Both the position numbers and the translations under genes were made by a program. DNA of 63,186 nucleotides, the filler included, from Hyphochytrium catenoides (taxonomy: Eukaryota > Protista > Hyphochytriomycota), in the NCBI GenBank assembly GCA_900088475.1. It is 9 parts of 9 records of this genome, joined end to end, with 100 filler letters (N's around TTAATTAATTAA, not from the genome) between each part and the next. Parts side by side here need not be neighbours in the genome. Positions count along the whole stretch, not along the records: positions 21,698 to 53,074 come from FLMG01000375.1; 8 more parts are not named here. One strand, 5' to 3'. This document shows positions 25,691 through 37,539 of the stretch, piece after piece. The notes below the pieces were generated by a model. The model ran no database searches. It had not been told where the DNA came from and saw only the letters and a program-made list of their open reading frames with translations. Numbering within the stretch: position 1 is the first letter of the stretch; each line of letters starts with the position of its first letter.

Positions 25691-28600
25691 TTACTGCTCT
25701 CCCATACGGCCTTGGTCCTGACTTGCTTCTCTTCCCAGTTCCACTTCTCCCTGCAGCTCAGTTGGTGCTGGCGGTTCTTGCTCTTCTGAAATCTCGTTCG
25801 CCGCCACTCTCTTTCGCTTGAAGCTCTCCATTGTCTTCGACAGCCTTGCTATAAAGAGATCCATCTCCTGGAAGTCATCGAAGTCATCAAGCGAGAGGTG
25901 GTAGAAGATGGAGCCAAGAGAAGGTCAACACGTTGTTACGAAGATGTCTTGCAGGGAATGGATGCAAAGCATGGCTTTAGTGCAGCCAATCCGTTGGCCA
26001 GCGTACATTGAATCAAAAGGCACCATAGTTGAAGAGCAGAGACCGCGAGAGAATAGAGAGAAGAAAGTTACGTGGACAAAAAAGGAAGAGAGATGGGTTT
26101 CAGGATATCACCTGCTCCGTAATGCCGATAGCACAAGCCGCAGAGAGGTAAGGGACTGGGTATGCTGGGTGGTGAGCGCCAAAGCCCTCAAAAGTGACCC
26201 CGCCCACCTCTTTGGAATCTTTGCCTGTCACCACTCTACAGAGAGCAAAAGAATGCTCTTAAAAAAGTCGAGTGCTCTTAGAAAAGTCAAGCGCATCGGG
26301 CCAAGCCTTCGTATTCGCCCTTGCGATTCCACTGTGCTACCTCTCTAACGTCCATCTTTTACGGTCTCGAGTTGTTCCTCAACATTTTCGACGTTTTGCC
26401 TGAGCCTGCTTCAGCCGCTCTCTTCCACTCTCAGTATCTCTTTCTCTCACACTCTCTCCTCGGGTTTTGGTCGCATAGAACGTTCTAGATGTACCTTGTG
26501 CCGGAGACCATCCTTGAGAAGAGCATCGATCCAAGAAAAGAAGGCGAATGCGTAGGCGATGAGAAGGTTGCCAGCGATATGGCTACCGATATCTATCGGA
26601 TGTAGACAAGCGCGGCGGGGCGTCAAAATGAGGTCTAGAAACAACTTGGGAGAAGAAGGAGAATATCGAGGAATCAAAGAGTAGAACCAATACGAAGCCT
26701 CAACGAAGTGAGTTACCATGCAACAGCGCAGAGACCCTATAATACACTTCTGGAAGATAGTGAAGAGTCACAGAGGTGACGAAGACTGAAAAGGAAAAAA
26801 GAGAAGCTCCAAGCTCAGCGAAGAGAGACCAACCCCGGGCAATAGGGAGTAACCCTATGCCATAAAGTCAACAATAATAGGCCTCACTTGGTTGTCTTTC
26901 GTCTCTAGTAGGTGTTCTCCATGGCTTGCCGCGAGAGCCCGCAGCCGGTCCTTGAAAAGCGGGAGTAGTCTCTTTCTTTCCCTTAACAAAGACTGATAGC
27001 CCTTTCTTCCCTAGTTGGCAGATAGAAACTCGTTGAAAACCTGCAGAAAGTAGAACGGCAACTCACATCTGTCCATCTCGCTTATCTCTCGTCCTTTACG
27101 CAATGACATCTCTACCTATCTTCCTGGTAACTAGTTGAGCACGAGGAAAGAAGACTCTCTCGCTTCTCCATCAGTGTAGGCCTCTTACCCAAGTCATCAT
27201 GGTGATAAATAAGTCCACTGTTGGAGCATTGCTGGCTCGGCCTGTCCATCAACAAACTCGCGAAGCTCAGGAATTGAAAAAGGAAAAGTATGGAATGGCG
27301 GACCGGGGGACGAAAGGAGACAAGGAATAGCATAAAGTGCGTCAAGCAAGAGGAGCAAAATAGGACTACAGCCACGAGGGGAACATCCAGACGCAGCGAC
27401 GCTCATAGTAGACAGTAAACGAAAAAATCTTACGGGAACGGAGAGCCCTCAGGTCAAGGTCTGTTACCTGGGTACATCTTCCCTAACTTTTCTATGAACT
27501 GTGGGTCGGGACAACACGCGATAGCTCCTCCGATGGGAGTCATGAAGTTCTTGTCCGTGCTCTGTACTACGCAATCCACCCGCCCTGCGCGCACAGCCTA
27601 CGAGAGGTAGACGAGGAAAGTCAGAAGAAGGCACAAAAGCGCCAGGAAAAGCACAGACAGGAAGACAGAAATGGACGCCAGAGGAAATGGTGCGGAAGAG
27701 GAAAACGACGAGAGCGAGGAGAGGCAGAGTGAGCGGGGCTAAAAAGCGAGACACTGGAAGAGACTGCGGCTTGGATGCGTTGCTCAGCTTCGGGAGTTTG
27801 CTAGAGAGCATGGCAGCCATATCGCGGCAGCATCCATGATAAACCCCTTGGCCAGAAATTGCTCACATCCCCGTCTGACGTAGGCAAAAAAGGGCTAACG
27901 TAGCAGAGAAAGAGAAGCAGCAGTTTCATTCCAAACCTCATTGATCAGACTGCAGATCTTGGAGGATTGCAGTCCATAGGCGTTGTTGATAACATGAGCT
28001 ACATGGAAAGACACAGGCAGATGTAGACCATGAGATAGAGCGTTTGAGTCAAAGCACACTGAGATGTGGACAGATCTGATAAAAGGCAACAAAGGAGTTG
28101 GTGTGGACGTTCTAAGCGCGGAAGGATGCTGGCGAGGATGTGCTCTTACGGATGTCATACTTGGCACAAAGACGGGCAATCTCGTCCACTGCATCGGGTA
28201 CTCGAGGTGCGAAGCAGCTAGCAGCGGGCGTAATGACGAAAGAGAGACATGCGGAAACAGAAAAAAGTGGTGCTTAGTAGAAAGGCAGCACGATGAAAGG
28301 TCAAACTACTGAGATCAAGAGTGATACCCAGTCAAGCCCATTTGGTCTATATAGGAAATCTTTGTCTGACGATAAATAGCGGAGGTTCGTGTGTTGGCGG
28401 GAGCTTACCTAGTAGTGGAAAAGACACAGAGAAAGGCTTCCGGACCTCTAGCGAGAATCTCTGCCTCCATCCTCTGAACACGATGGCAGAGATTGAACAC
28501 CGAAGGGGTTAGGGTTGATAAAGATGTAGACAACAGACGAGAGGATAAAAAGTGCGAGGTGAGGAGACAGGCGATGGAGAAGACTAGCCGGCATATTTGA

Positions 28601-31382
28601 CTGATAGTGGTAGACGGGCTGAAGAGGAGCGGCAGGATCCAACATAGCTCCGATGAAGGTCGTGATCATTTCATTTCTCATTTTCCCCCATCAATCCCGT
28701 TAACGATGCTCTGGCACTGCCAGATCTCGCCCCTCTTCTGGCATCCAGGTTCCTCCCTGATGCTCATCTTCCAGTGCTGGATTCACGCTCCCTACCTCTA
28801 AGTTGGTCATCACAGCGTCTGCCTGGAGCTTCCCATCCATAATGACAGGAGTGAAGCCTGCGTGGTGGCATAGGAGTCAACAGTTCAGTTTTGGAGCTAA
28901 CCAACGGATCCAGAGAACGGGCCCGAAAGAAATGTGCGGGAGCTATCACAAGCTCTCACCAGCGGTACACATGGCCTTGAAGCATGATTTTTGGTCTATC
29001 CTCGGCCACAGAATATACTTCGCTGTCGGGCGACCGGGTCTAAAGTGAGAGACAAGGAGGAAAGCAATAGAGTTAGAGGACTCTTGAAGGACTAGGAAAT
29101 AAGAGACAGAGTGCTGAGGAAAAGTTGGAGGGCCAGGTAGCTAACTGAATCCTCGCTACCCTTAGCAGAGGAAAGCGCACGTGCTCTACCTGAGGGTTAG
29201 AAAGACGAGTGATAGTGTCATCCCTGTCGCCATAGGGAACAGGATGCATTTCTTCATTCCGTTGAGTCCTATCAACAGCCAGTATGGGTAAGGTCCTAGT
29301 CTTCCTGCCTGCCTTATCCTTCCTATATCCATCTCGCTCACAATAGTCCCCATAGCCCCCCGTGAGTCGCCTTGCTCCTGGCCGTCTTTCCCTGTATCAG
29401 TTCTCCCTGCTATGCTGCCCGCGGCAGGGGCCATAACATATTCATGCGTGCAATTTCCTATGTCTTCTCACTCCAAGCTTACGCACTGCCCATTTAACAC
29501 TGGTTCCACTTTCTTCTTCGACAAGGTAGATACCTGCCACTCTGAGTAGATCTAACGCCAAAATGTTCGTCAACTATATTGGGAAGAGGGGCAGAGGTTA
29601 TTAGCGCTGATGATCGGCAAGGGTCATCGCACGCGTAGACTATAAACTAAAGGGGCGGCTTCGAACAGCAAACGGCGGAACCGAACTCCTAGACGAACTA
29701 TAGATGGAAGACCCAGACCGGACAGCCAAAAAGAGGAACAGCACTGGGAACAAATAAAAGGAAAGCGTCTGAATCACTATTTTCTATACACTAGCCTTTC
29801 CTTACCTTAACCAGCAATGATGAGCCTGCTGCTTTGGGCTGTAGCGATAGAAGAGACACGTTAGCGCCTTATTCTTGGAGTGCGCCATGGGCCTGGCGAA
29901 AGCAAGAAAGAGCAGACAAAGCTAGGAGCCAAGTACGAAAGAGGATTACATTTCTCAATCACTTCTTCCATCCTGAAAGCCCTCTCTTCGCCTTGGACAC
30001 AAGACAACCAAAAGGGTAGCCAATAAAAGTGCCTCAACTCTCATGCTAACGCGACCCCTATGAAAGGAGGAAGAGCTCGGACTCGCGTGGTACTGCTAGA
30101 CGTCCTCCTCACCTGCTCGGCTGCAATGTCCCCAGACCGACCAATACCGTGACAAAGACGAAAGTGTCGGCGAGCAACCTAGAAAGGAGGAGGAAGGAAC
30201 AGAACAAATTGACCAAAGGGAAATATGGAGACTGGAAGGCCCAATACGAAGACCAAACGAACCATGAGAAGATGTTGCTCCACTATGAGTGAGAGATCAG
30301 GGGAGGATGGGCAAAGAAAAAGAACACGCGACACATCTAGCACTCGCCGTTTAGATTAGAAGTGAGAACACTCTGTTGGGAAGGTAAGGAGCAGGCGACC
30401 CCAGCGCATGTCTGGAAGCAGCAGGTCCTAGAAGGTACCATGTCAGAGGCAATTCTGGCCTCTCTTTCTCCGACCCCAGCGTTCTCCCTAAAGTTATTGC
30501 TGTCCATCGCAGCGAGGTGCTGGAGAAACAGCTCGATTGTCTGATCGTCCCAACCATTCTAAGGGTGAGCAAGGAAGACAAAGGGTTGGCTACGTAGCAG
30601 AGCAGACAGGGAACACAGGATAGAAACGACAAGAAGGAAGCCCTGGCTGCGGCAAACCAGATATTACTGGGTAACGCTGTGCAATCAGGTTTGAGGCCAA
30701 CGGAGTAAGGGTCAGCTATCGAGGACAGAGGTACGGACATCAAGCCTGACGAGAGCGTGGCAGGCTAGTCTGATGAACAGAATTGGAGGTAAGAAAGAGG
30801 GAGGGAGTACCTCTGGCAATCTGCGATGCTCCAGCAGCTGTGTGATAAGCTTGGTGCGCTGCTGTAGCGCCTCAGTAGCCTGAGAGCGATGTGGGGCGAC
30901 GCCAAGAATCAAAGGAAGAGAAAGAGAGCAAGAGAAGAAATGATGAGTAGAAAACCTAAGAACGAAAGGAACAGGTTGAAAGATGGAGAAGACGGAAGAA
31001 AGAAATTGGGAGCACAGGTAGGGCACGGGACTGAATAAAAGCTGATCAATGATGGTCCAGAGCAAGCAGTAGCTGGGGAAGGTGATTGAGAGGCAAATTA
31101 GACAGAAGCAAGGCGAGAAACGAGCACTCTTGCCCGTTAGGGAAGGTTGGCCGATAGCGAGAGAGGAAGGACATATACGGAAGGGAGAGAGCAGAGAGCA
31201 GTAGAGAACATCAAAGGATAGTTGAGCAGTACGGACCGACAATATCCAATAGAAAGGTTAAGGAAGAGAAGAAGGACTCAGGTTATTGCGCTATGTCCTT
31301 CGATCTTCAGTGTCTCATTCACCTGCTGAACGTAAGAGCTTGACACGAAGCCTTTGCAGAGCTCCAAGGCCTTAGCATCCAT
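25691..31382 (-). CDS. SEPSECS: O-phosphoseryl-tRNA(Sec) selenium transferase (SepSecS), ~18 exons
   Basis: Spliced exons give AMDSNNF...[103 protein letters not shown] (PLP lysine), [23 protein letters not shown] and [13 protein letters not shown] at 31382, TAA at 25691. Confidence 0.95.
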
Positions 31383-32157
31383 CCCTTCAGTCCAGGCGCC
31401 CAGCCAAATATAAGCCTCGAGGTCCTTGTCCTTCCTTCTCTGGGGACTCCTTCCTCCTGGTCCCTCCTGTGTAGGCCAGGGCGTGAGTAGACAAGTGAGA
31501 CCTCACGTTTGGGCAGCAGGACTCTCTTTTGGCTGGGCTCAGCTATTGGAGCAGAATGAGCCTTGTGATTGGATCCGGCCTGCGTAGGGGCGTACAGGAA
31601 AGGCACAGCTTGCGCGCGCGGGAGCCAGTGGAGCGAGAGCGAGAGCGAGAGACAGCTAGATGGATAGCGAGAGAGAGAGAGAGAGAGACGGAGAGAGAAG
31701 AGATGAGTGCACTGTGTGGATCTTTCAATCCTTTCATTCTGATCCTTACCCAAGATAAGAACCCAATCCAGTGACCCAATTCACCTCGTACTCGGGTTGA
31801 TAAGAGCTAATAAAAAGACAACGAGTCTGCTATTGACCCGGGTAACCCGGATGAGCCTAGACTCGGGTCAGGACAATCAACAAAATAACGGCGGCGGCGA
31901 ACGAGAGAGCGGCGAGAGGAAGAGAAACACAGGAGAAGGCAAGGCCTCTTTCGAAGAGATGCACTACTTCTTCTCAGAGGCTGAAGGAGTGCATGGAGCC
32001 AATGAGAGGCGATGAAGGAGGACAAGCATAAACAGACACAAGGTAGCGAGCGCTTTCGAGACTAACCCTAGGTTCCATATATTATAGTGGTACAACAGAT
32101 GGGCAATACATTAGACAAAACTCTCTCTCTCTCAACTGTCCCTCTCTCTTATGTGTT

Positions 32158-34350
32158 CTATGCAGCGTTCGCAACCTCACAGAGTATGGCTAGACGATTG
32201 CTTGCATCGGAGTCAGAGCCATCATCGCCCGCACCCTCCGCTTTCTTTCCTGCTGCTTGTTGTCCTTCAGTGTTACCGCGGCCGTTCTCTCCACTCCTTT
32301 CTCGCCCTTCTCCTCCTCTCAGATTGGCGCCGTGGCTCTTGCAGACACCTCTGCTCTGTACTGACCGCGTACAGCCAGGGACCTTGCATCTCTTTCCTCC
32401 TCCATGGCTTATGCACGCGCCTCCGCTTCTTGCACTCCTTGTGCATCCAGGGGATAGACAGAGCTTCCCCCCGCCATGTGTTCTACAGAGGCCCCCACTT
32501 TGAGCTGAGGAAGAGCAAAGAGGAACAGTGCAGCGGCTTCCTCCTCCATGGGCCCGACAGAGTGCTCGGCTCTGCGCTGAGGAGGTGCAGCCTGGGACTG
32601 AGCAGTTTCGATTGCCTCCGTGTGACTTACAGATGCCTTTGCTTCTTGCCACGTTGGTGCACTTGGGCACGCGGCACTTGGTGGTTCCCTTAGATCCCGT
32701 AGATGAAGACAGAGCTGGCGGAGAAGGGAGAGCAGTAGGGAGGAAGGGAGATGAAGGTTGACCAGTTGATGGGAGAGGGCGCTTCTTCTTTCCTTTCACT
32801 CGCCCTGCATTATTGTCTGTTGCCAGCGAGGAGCCTTGCACTTTCTTATGGAGTGAGACTGACGAGAGCGCAGGAGAGTCCTTGAGTACGGCATTGCTAG
32901 GGATTTCTAACCTAAAGGGAGCAGGCGAAAGCGGTGGCAAAAAGCTGGTAGCGCTCTGGAAGCCACAACTGCCAGGAGCTGGAGCAGCAAATGGAGGAAG
33001 ATTGCTACTACGTGAGAGAAACAACGAGGGCGGACCTCCTGCCTGGAAATGGCCCTGTGCTAGATCCTCCGCAGGTCTTGGTGTTGGCTGGTTATTGACA
33101 GCTGGAGAGTGGGAAGAAGAGGTGCCTGAAAGGGTAGAGAGAGAAAGCGGTGGAAGAGGACTAACTCTTGCCGGAGCGAGGGAGGAAGTGACGAGAAATG
33201 AGCCTACGCCTGTCCCCGCCATGCTCTCCCCTAAACCTTGGAGCGCAGAGAACGATGAAGGAGAGAAGCTGGGAAGTGCTGCTGATGGCTCCTGTTCCTC
33301 CTCCTCCATTGCCCTTGACTTCTCCACCGCCAGTCCTGGTGTTGAGGATAGTGCAGGAGGTGCTGAAAGCTTTCTTGTGGCTGCCAAAGAAGCGGACGAT
33401 AGGCTTCCTCCTCCTCCTGTGCCCTCAGTGCTGTGGGCCCTACATCTGCCTAAACTCTGCGCTACATTTCCGCATGCCTTTTCTACGCAGAGCTTTCCGC
33501 CTCCATGGGCCCGGCAACGTCCGCCGCTAACTACTGAGGAAGAGCAGCCCTGCTCGCGACAGATCTGGCCCCCTCCATGTGTCCGACAGAGGCCCCTGGA
33601 CTGAGCGGAGCGCTGACATCCTGTCATTTTACAACGGCTCCCACCCCCGTGTGAACGACAGAGGCCGCGCGACTGCGCAATGTTGGAACAAAGAGGAGCC
33701 GAGCACTTCTTCCCTCCGCCGTGTGCTGTACAGAGACGCCGAGAACGAGCCATTGAGGTGCAGGAAGCCACATGGCAACGACGGCCGAGGGCATTGCCCG
33801 AATTCGGGCTCTGCAATGGCTGCAGGGAGAAAACGATGGAGCTAGATGACGTCAAGTCCGTTCCTGGGTCAGGGCCAACAGGAGAGGAAGTGCTTGGAGC
33901 AGGTAATGGAGAGAGAGACGGGAACGCAGAAGATGGGTCTTCCTTTTTCACGTAAAGAGAGCCCGAGGTGCGGATGAGATCTGAGAGCTCAGGAAGCTTC
34001 TGCTGCTGCGCAGCTGGCGCAGGGAGAGAAGCCGAACATCGCGACTCGAAGAGGTTTCTCCCCGAAAGAAGAGTAGAAGGACTCCCGGTCTCTCTTTCAC
34101 CTTTTCTACCAAATTTCTCTTCTCTCTTCTGTTCTCCACCTGATCTGCTAGGAGACGGCGGAGGCTCTTCCCTTGGAGAGAGGATGGCAGACAGAGACTG
34201 TCTATGGCTTTGACTTGTTTCATGGTCAATCCGAGGAGAAATGACGGACACCACCGCAGCAAATCTCTGGCTTAGATCTGAAGAATTTCTCCCCAGCGTG
34301 TCAGGCGTAAGGATAGCCGGCTCCCAGGACGGGGCACGCGGGCGAGACAT
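32158..34350 (-). CDS. Intronless WRKY19-like C-x4-C-x9-C-x2-H-GGG zinc-finger repeat protein (2 clusters of 5 fingers)
   Basis: Long ORF (first ATG 34350) with ten repeats such as CSVPGCTSSAQSRALCRAHGGG. No true WRKY domain is present. Confidence 0.88.
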   Translation of the reverse strand: MSRPRAPSWEPAILTPDTLGRNSSDLSQRFAAVVSVISPRIDHETSQSHRQSLSAILSPREEPPPSPSRSGGEQKREEKFGRKGERETGSPSTLLSGRNLFESRCSASLPAPAAQQQKLPELSDLIRTSGSLYVKKEDPSSAFPSLSPLPAPSTSSPVGPDPGTDLTSSSSIVFSLQPLQSPNSGNALGRRCHVASCTSMARSRRLCTAHGGGKKCSAPLCSNIAQSRGLCRSHGGGSRCKMTGCQRSAQSRGLCRTHGGGQICREQGCSSSVVSGGRCRAHGGGKLCVEKACGNVAQSLGRCRAHSTEGTGGGGSLSSASLAATRKLSAPPALSSTPGLAVEKSRAMEEEEQEPSAALPSFSPSSFSALQGLGESMAGTGVGSFLVTSSLAPARVSPLPPLSLSTLSGTSSSHSPAVNNQPTPRPAEDLAQGHFQAGGPPSLFLSRSSNLPPFAAPAPGSCGFQSATSFLPPLSPAPFRLEIPSNAVLKDSPALSSVSLHKKVQGSSLATDNNAGRVKGKKKRPLPSTGQPSSPFLPTALPSPPALSSSTGSKGTTKCRVPKCTNVARSKGICKSHGGNRNCSVPGCTSSAQSRALCRAHGGGSRCTVPLCSSSAQSGGLCRTHGGGKLCLSPGCTRSARSGGACISHGGGKRCKVPGCTRSVQSRGVCKSHGANLRGGEGRERSGENGRGNTEGQQAAGKKAEGAGDDGSDSDASNRLAILCEVANAA

Positions 34351-35278
34351 TTCTGCTGTGTTGTCTCTTGCTTCCAATCCTGCCTACCAAGACTACTAAG
34401 GGAGAGAAGCGATGCTGCTAATCTCGACCTTTTTTGATCTCTCTCTCTCTGCGTTTCTCTTCTTTCTTTCTTATTGCGCCTTTCTATCTCTGGGAGAGAG
34501 ATTCAAAGGACAGCCGCAAGAGAGAGCTCCACTTTTTGCCTGGACCTTTGGTGTCTCTTCACATGAAGATTCTGGTTTTCTCTCTAGTCAATAGTTCGAG
34601 GACTCTTCTCTATCTTTGCTTATGACAGGAAGGCGTGTTCGGAAGGCCGTTGAAAGAAGCGTAAGCATGGGCTTTTGTCCCGTGGTTGTCGCTTCTCTCT
34701 CTTTTCCTCACTGTTTTTCTCTCTCTCTCTCTTTAGCTTCCCTTCACCTGCCGCTAATGGTAAGTGGCGAGTGGTGGATGGAGCGACGAGGAAGAGGAGC
34801 GGCGTGGGCTGCGGAAACGTCCTCAGTGAAGGAGAAGAAATGGCGGGCGCCGCTCGACGGGAGAGGTCATCTTCCCACTTTCCTCCTCCCTCTCCTCTTG
34901 TCTCTCTTCCATGAGTCCTCCGAGGTAGTTCTTTTCCTCTTTGGAGTCACCTGCTTCCTCTCGGCTCTTCTCTCACCTTCCCTGCTCTTGCTCTGTCTTC
35001 TCTCTCCTATCTCACTTCTCTCTCTTCTCTCTCGTCACCCCGTCTCTCCATCAGCCTTTTCCCTCTTCGACACGCTGCTGCAGCTTTTGCTCTTGTGCAT
35101 CGTAACTCAAGGCTCTTCGCGTCAACCACCGGGACAACCTCGCCCTCACCTCATACCTTCCGTCAGGACCGAGCAGGGAAGGGAGAGAGAGAGAGAAACA
35201 TTCCCTCGATAGAACTACCGTTTGTCTCTCTTTATCTCTCTCTTTCTGTCATCCTTTTCCTCTCCTCATGCCTTTCCT

Positions 35279-35321
<43 letters not shown>

Positions 35322-36204
35322 CTCTCTCTCTCTCTCCTCTCTCTCCTCTGTTTTATTTTCTCTCTCTCTCTCTGTCTCTCTCTCTTTCCTCTTTCTCTGT
35401 TTCTTTGCCTGCCTTTCCATGTGCTGACTGATGAGCCGATAGGAGGAAGATGCGCAAGAGACACAGAAAGATTTCAAATAGTGGCATTAGATTGGGAAGA
35501 TCTTTGTGCAAACCATACACCCCATAGTTCTGTAAAGCGGTTAAAGCTAGAAGCATAGAGTATGAAAAGGTTCTAATTTAGGCTCTGCATACGGCTGACC
35601 TACGGATATCAACTCCGGCATAAAAAGCTTCTGGGGCGGAATAGATTTAGGGAAAACAGAATATACAAGCCTTGGACCCGCCGTGATCACGTTTTTGATC
35701 AGTAGCTCCGCCTTCCGTGTTCGACCCGTCGGCAGCCCAGTAGGCTTAAGATAAGGGCTTCCTTCATAATCCCAATGCCTTTGTGACATGCCAACCTCCT
35801 AATGCTGTGGTCGACGCGAGGGGTGAAGCAGACTATACTGCTCGCTGACACGAGGAAGGAGGGCTTGCTTAGTAGTAAAAGGCTAGAAAGGACAGGTTAC
35901 TACTATTTCTAAAGTCGGTAGTAATACCTCTAACCCGCACCTGGAAAGAGAGGGGCGCGGAATTGTGTTTCTTCCTTTCTTTGTTGGCTCTTCGCAGTCA
36001 CCTTTCTTCCTTCCATTGATTGTGCCCAATGGTAGTGCACAGGCAGTGGTCGAAGGGGTGACACTTCATAACTCATAACTAACACAAGCTTGCATCCTAC
36101 TCATCAGTAATAATGAGTTGTGACGCATACGATGAGAGACGTGACCTTCCGGAGACCCAGCTTCTGGTGAGTGTGATGTGACGATAAACATGGCAATGAA
36201 GGGA

Positions 36205-36230
36205 TAACCCTAACCCTAACCCTAACCCTA
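36205..36230. repeat. Interstitial telomere-type repeat (TAACCC)4
   Basis: TAACCCTAACCCTAACCCTAACCCTA, which is (TTAGGG)n on the minus strand. Confidence 0.85.
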
Positions 36231-37539
36231 GAACTGATGGTAAGCGAGAAAGATAGTCTTGTAGTTTGTGTGGTGGTCCTTGAGACTGAACCCCACCTGT
36301 CAAGAAACAGGAGCGGGCCCTTCAATGGGATGTGGCTTTGAGTCGAAACCTAGGATACCTTCGGTGATAAACGAAAGATACACGACCCTTAATTATGCCC
36401 CTATATCAAAGATTTCCCAGTGAACTGAATAATAAGAGAACTTTTCATTCAATACTGTCTCTTTTCCTGACAGACATTCTTCCCACCCATCCAAGCTTCA
36501 CCTTTACAAAAGGAAGCCCCTCTTTTGTCTTGACGTGCTCTGCCCCGCCACACATCGGAGCGATCAGAATCAGCACATCCCTCTTCTCGTTCTCTCACTC
36601 TGTCTCGCGAGCCAGAAAGAAGGTATGTTCGGGTGGATGGGCATTTCTCCTCTTGGCAAGATAACCATCGTGGAAGGCGGGTAGGACGCAGCTGTGAGGA
36701 GGCGGCCACCAGCCTTAATATATAAATGTTTGTCTGTAGTTGTCTCGCTCACGATGGTGTCCCTCTGCCATGGACCTACCCGCCCCCTGCAGCCTCCACC
36801 TTCCTTGCTCGTTACAGAGAGAGCTGATAATCACTTCCTTTGCTGGTATGATCCTTTGAACTGAATTGATGGCGAGATTGTCTGGGTTTAATGGGTATCC
36901 TGGTTGGCATACCTCTATCACTATGGCTGGGCAATTTGTTACTGCATTATTGTAATCAAATGTAAAGGACCATGATACCTGGGTAACCCAAATGATTACC
37001 GTCTGATGTTGAAGATTGGCATCGTGTTTCAGACGCGCGTTGAGAAGTTCAAATAGAGATTTTCTATTGCAAACGGCGATGGACCTCAGGCCGGAAGGCC
37101 AGGAAATTGCTCTTTGAACGTTCGCGCTGTCAGGCCAGAAATAGAGCACTCACCAGTTTTTGCCTTGGCCTGAATCATGTTCGTTATCGTGATCATTGCT
37201 TTAATCACCACAGATAGTAGGTACTACGAATCCTTGTCTTCGGGAAGACTCATAGGCCGTGTAGTACCTAGTGAATTCAGGCGTATTCACATCGCTTGTT
37301 CCTAGCTTCGTCGCATGCTGATTCCTATAACATGTTCTGATAAGGTTGTACTGTACTCCATTCATCGATGCAAAGAGGCGCACGGGCTGGGAGGAAATGG
37401 TGATCGTCGTTGTGGCAGTTCTTACAAGTTAAGCCTCTTGTTGTCCTTGCAATGAAAGCTTATCTTTTTGGTTTACATTGAGAGCGCTTAGTCGAGCTAC
37501 TCCTCCTACTGCTCGAAATGATTTGCCCATGACTCGGAG

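Noticed and set aside
28503-28516. GGGTTAGGGTT telomere-like string in a SepSecS intron
   Set aside because: Fewer than two full units, which is expected by chance.
31845-31900. tRNA-Sec-like start (CCCGGATGA) upstream of SepSecS
   Set aside because: There is no TCA anticodon stem-loop, T-arm or acceptor pairing.
35425-35470. Hammerhead-ribozyme-like CTGATGAGCCGATAGG
   Set aside because: The required GAAA core reads GGAA, and stems I/III cannot be formed.
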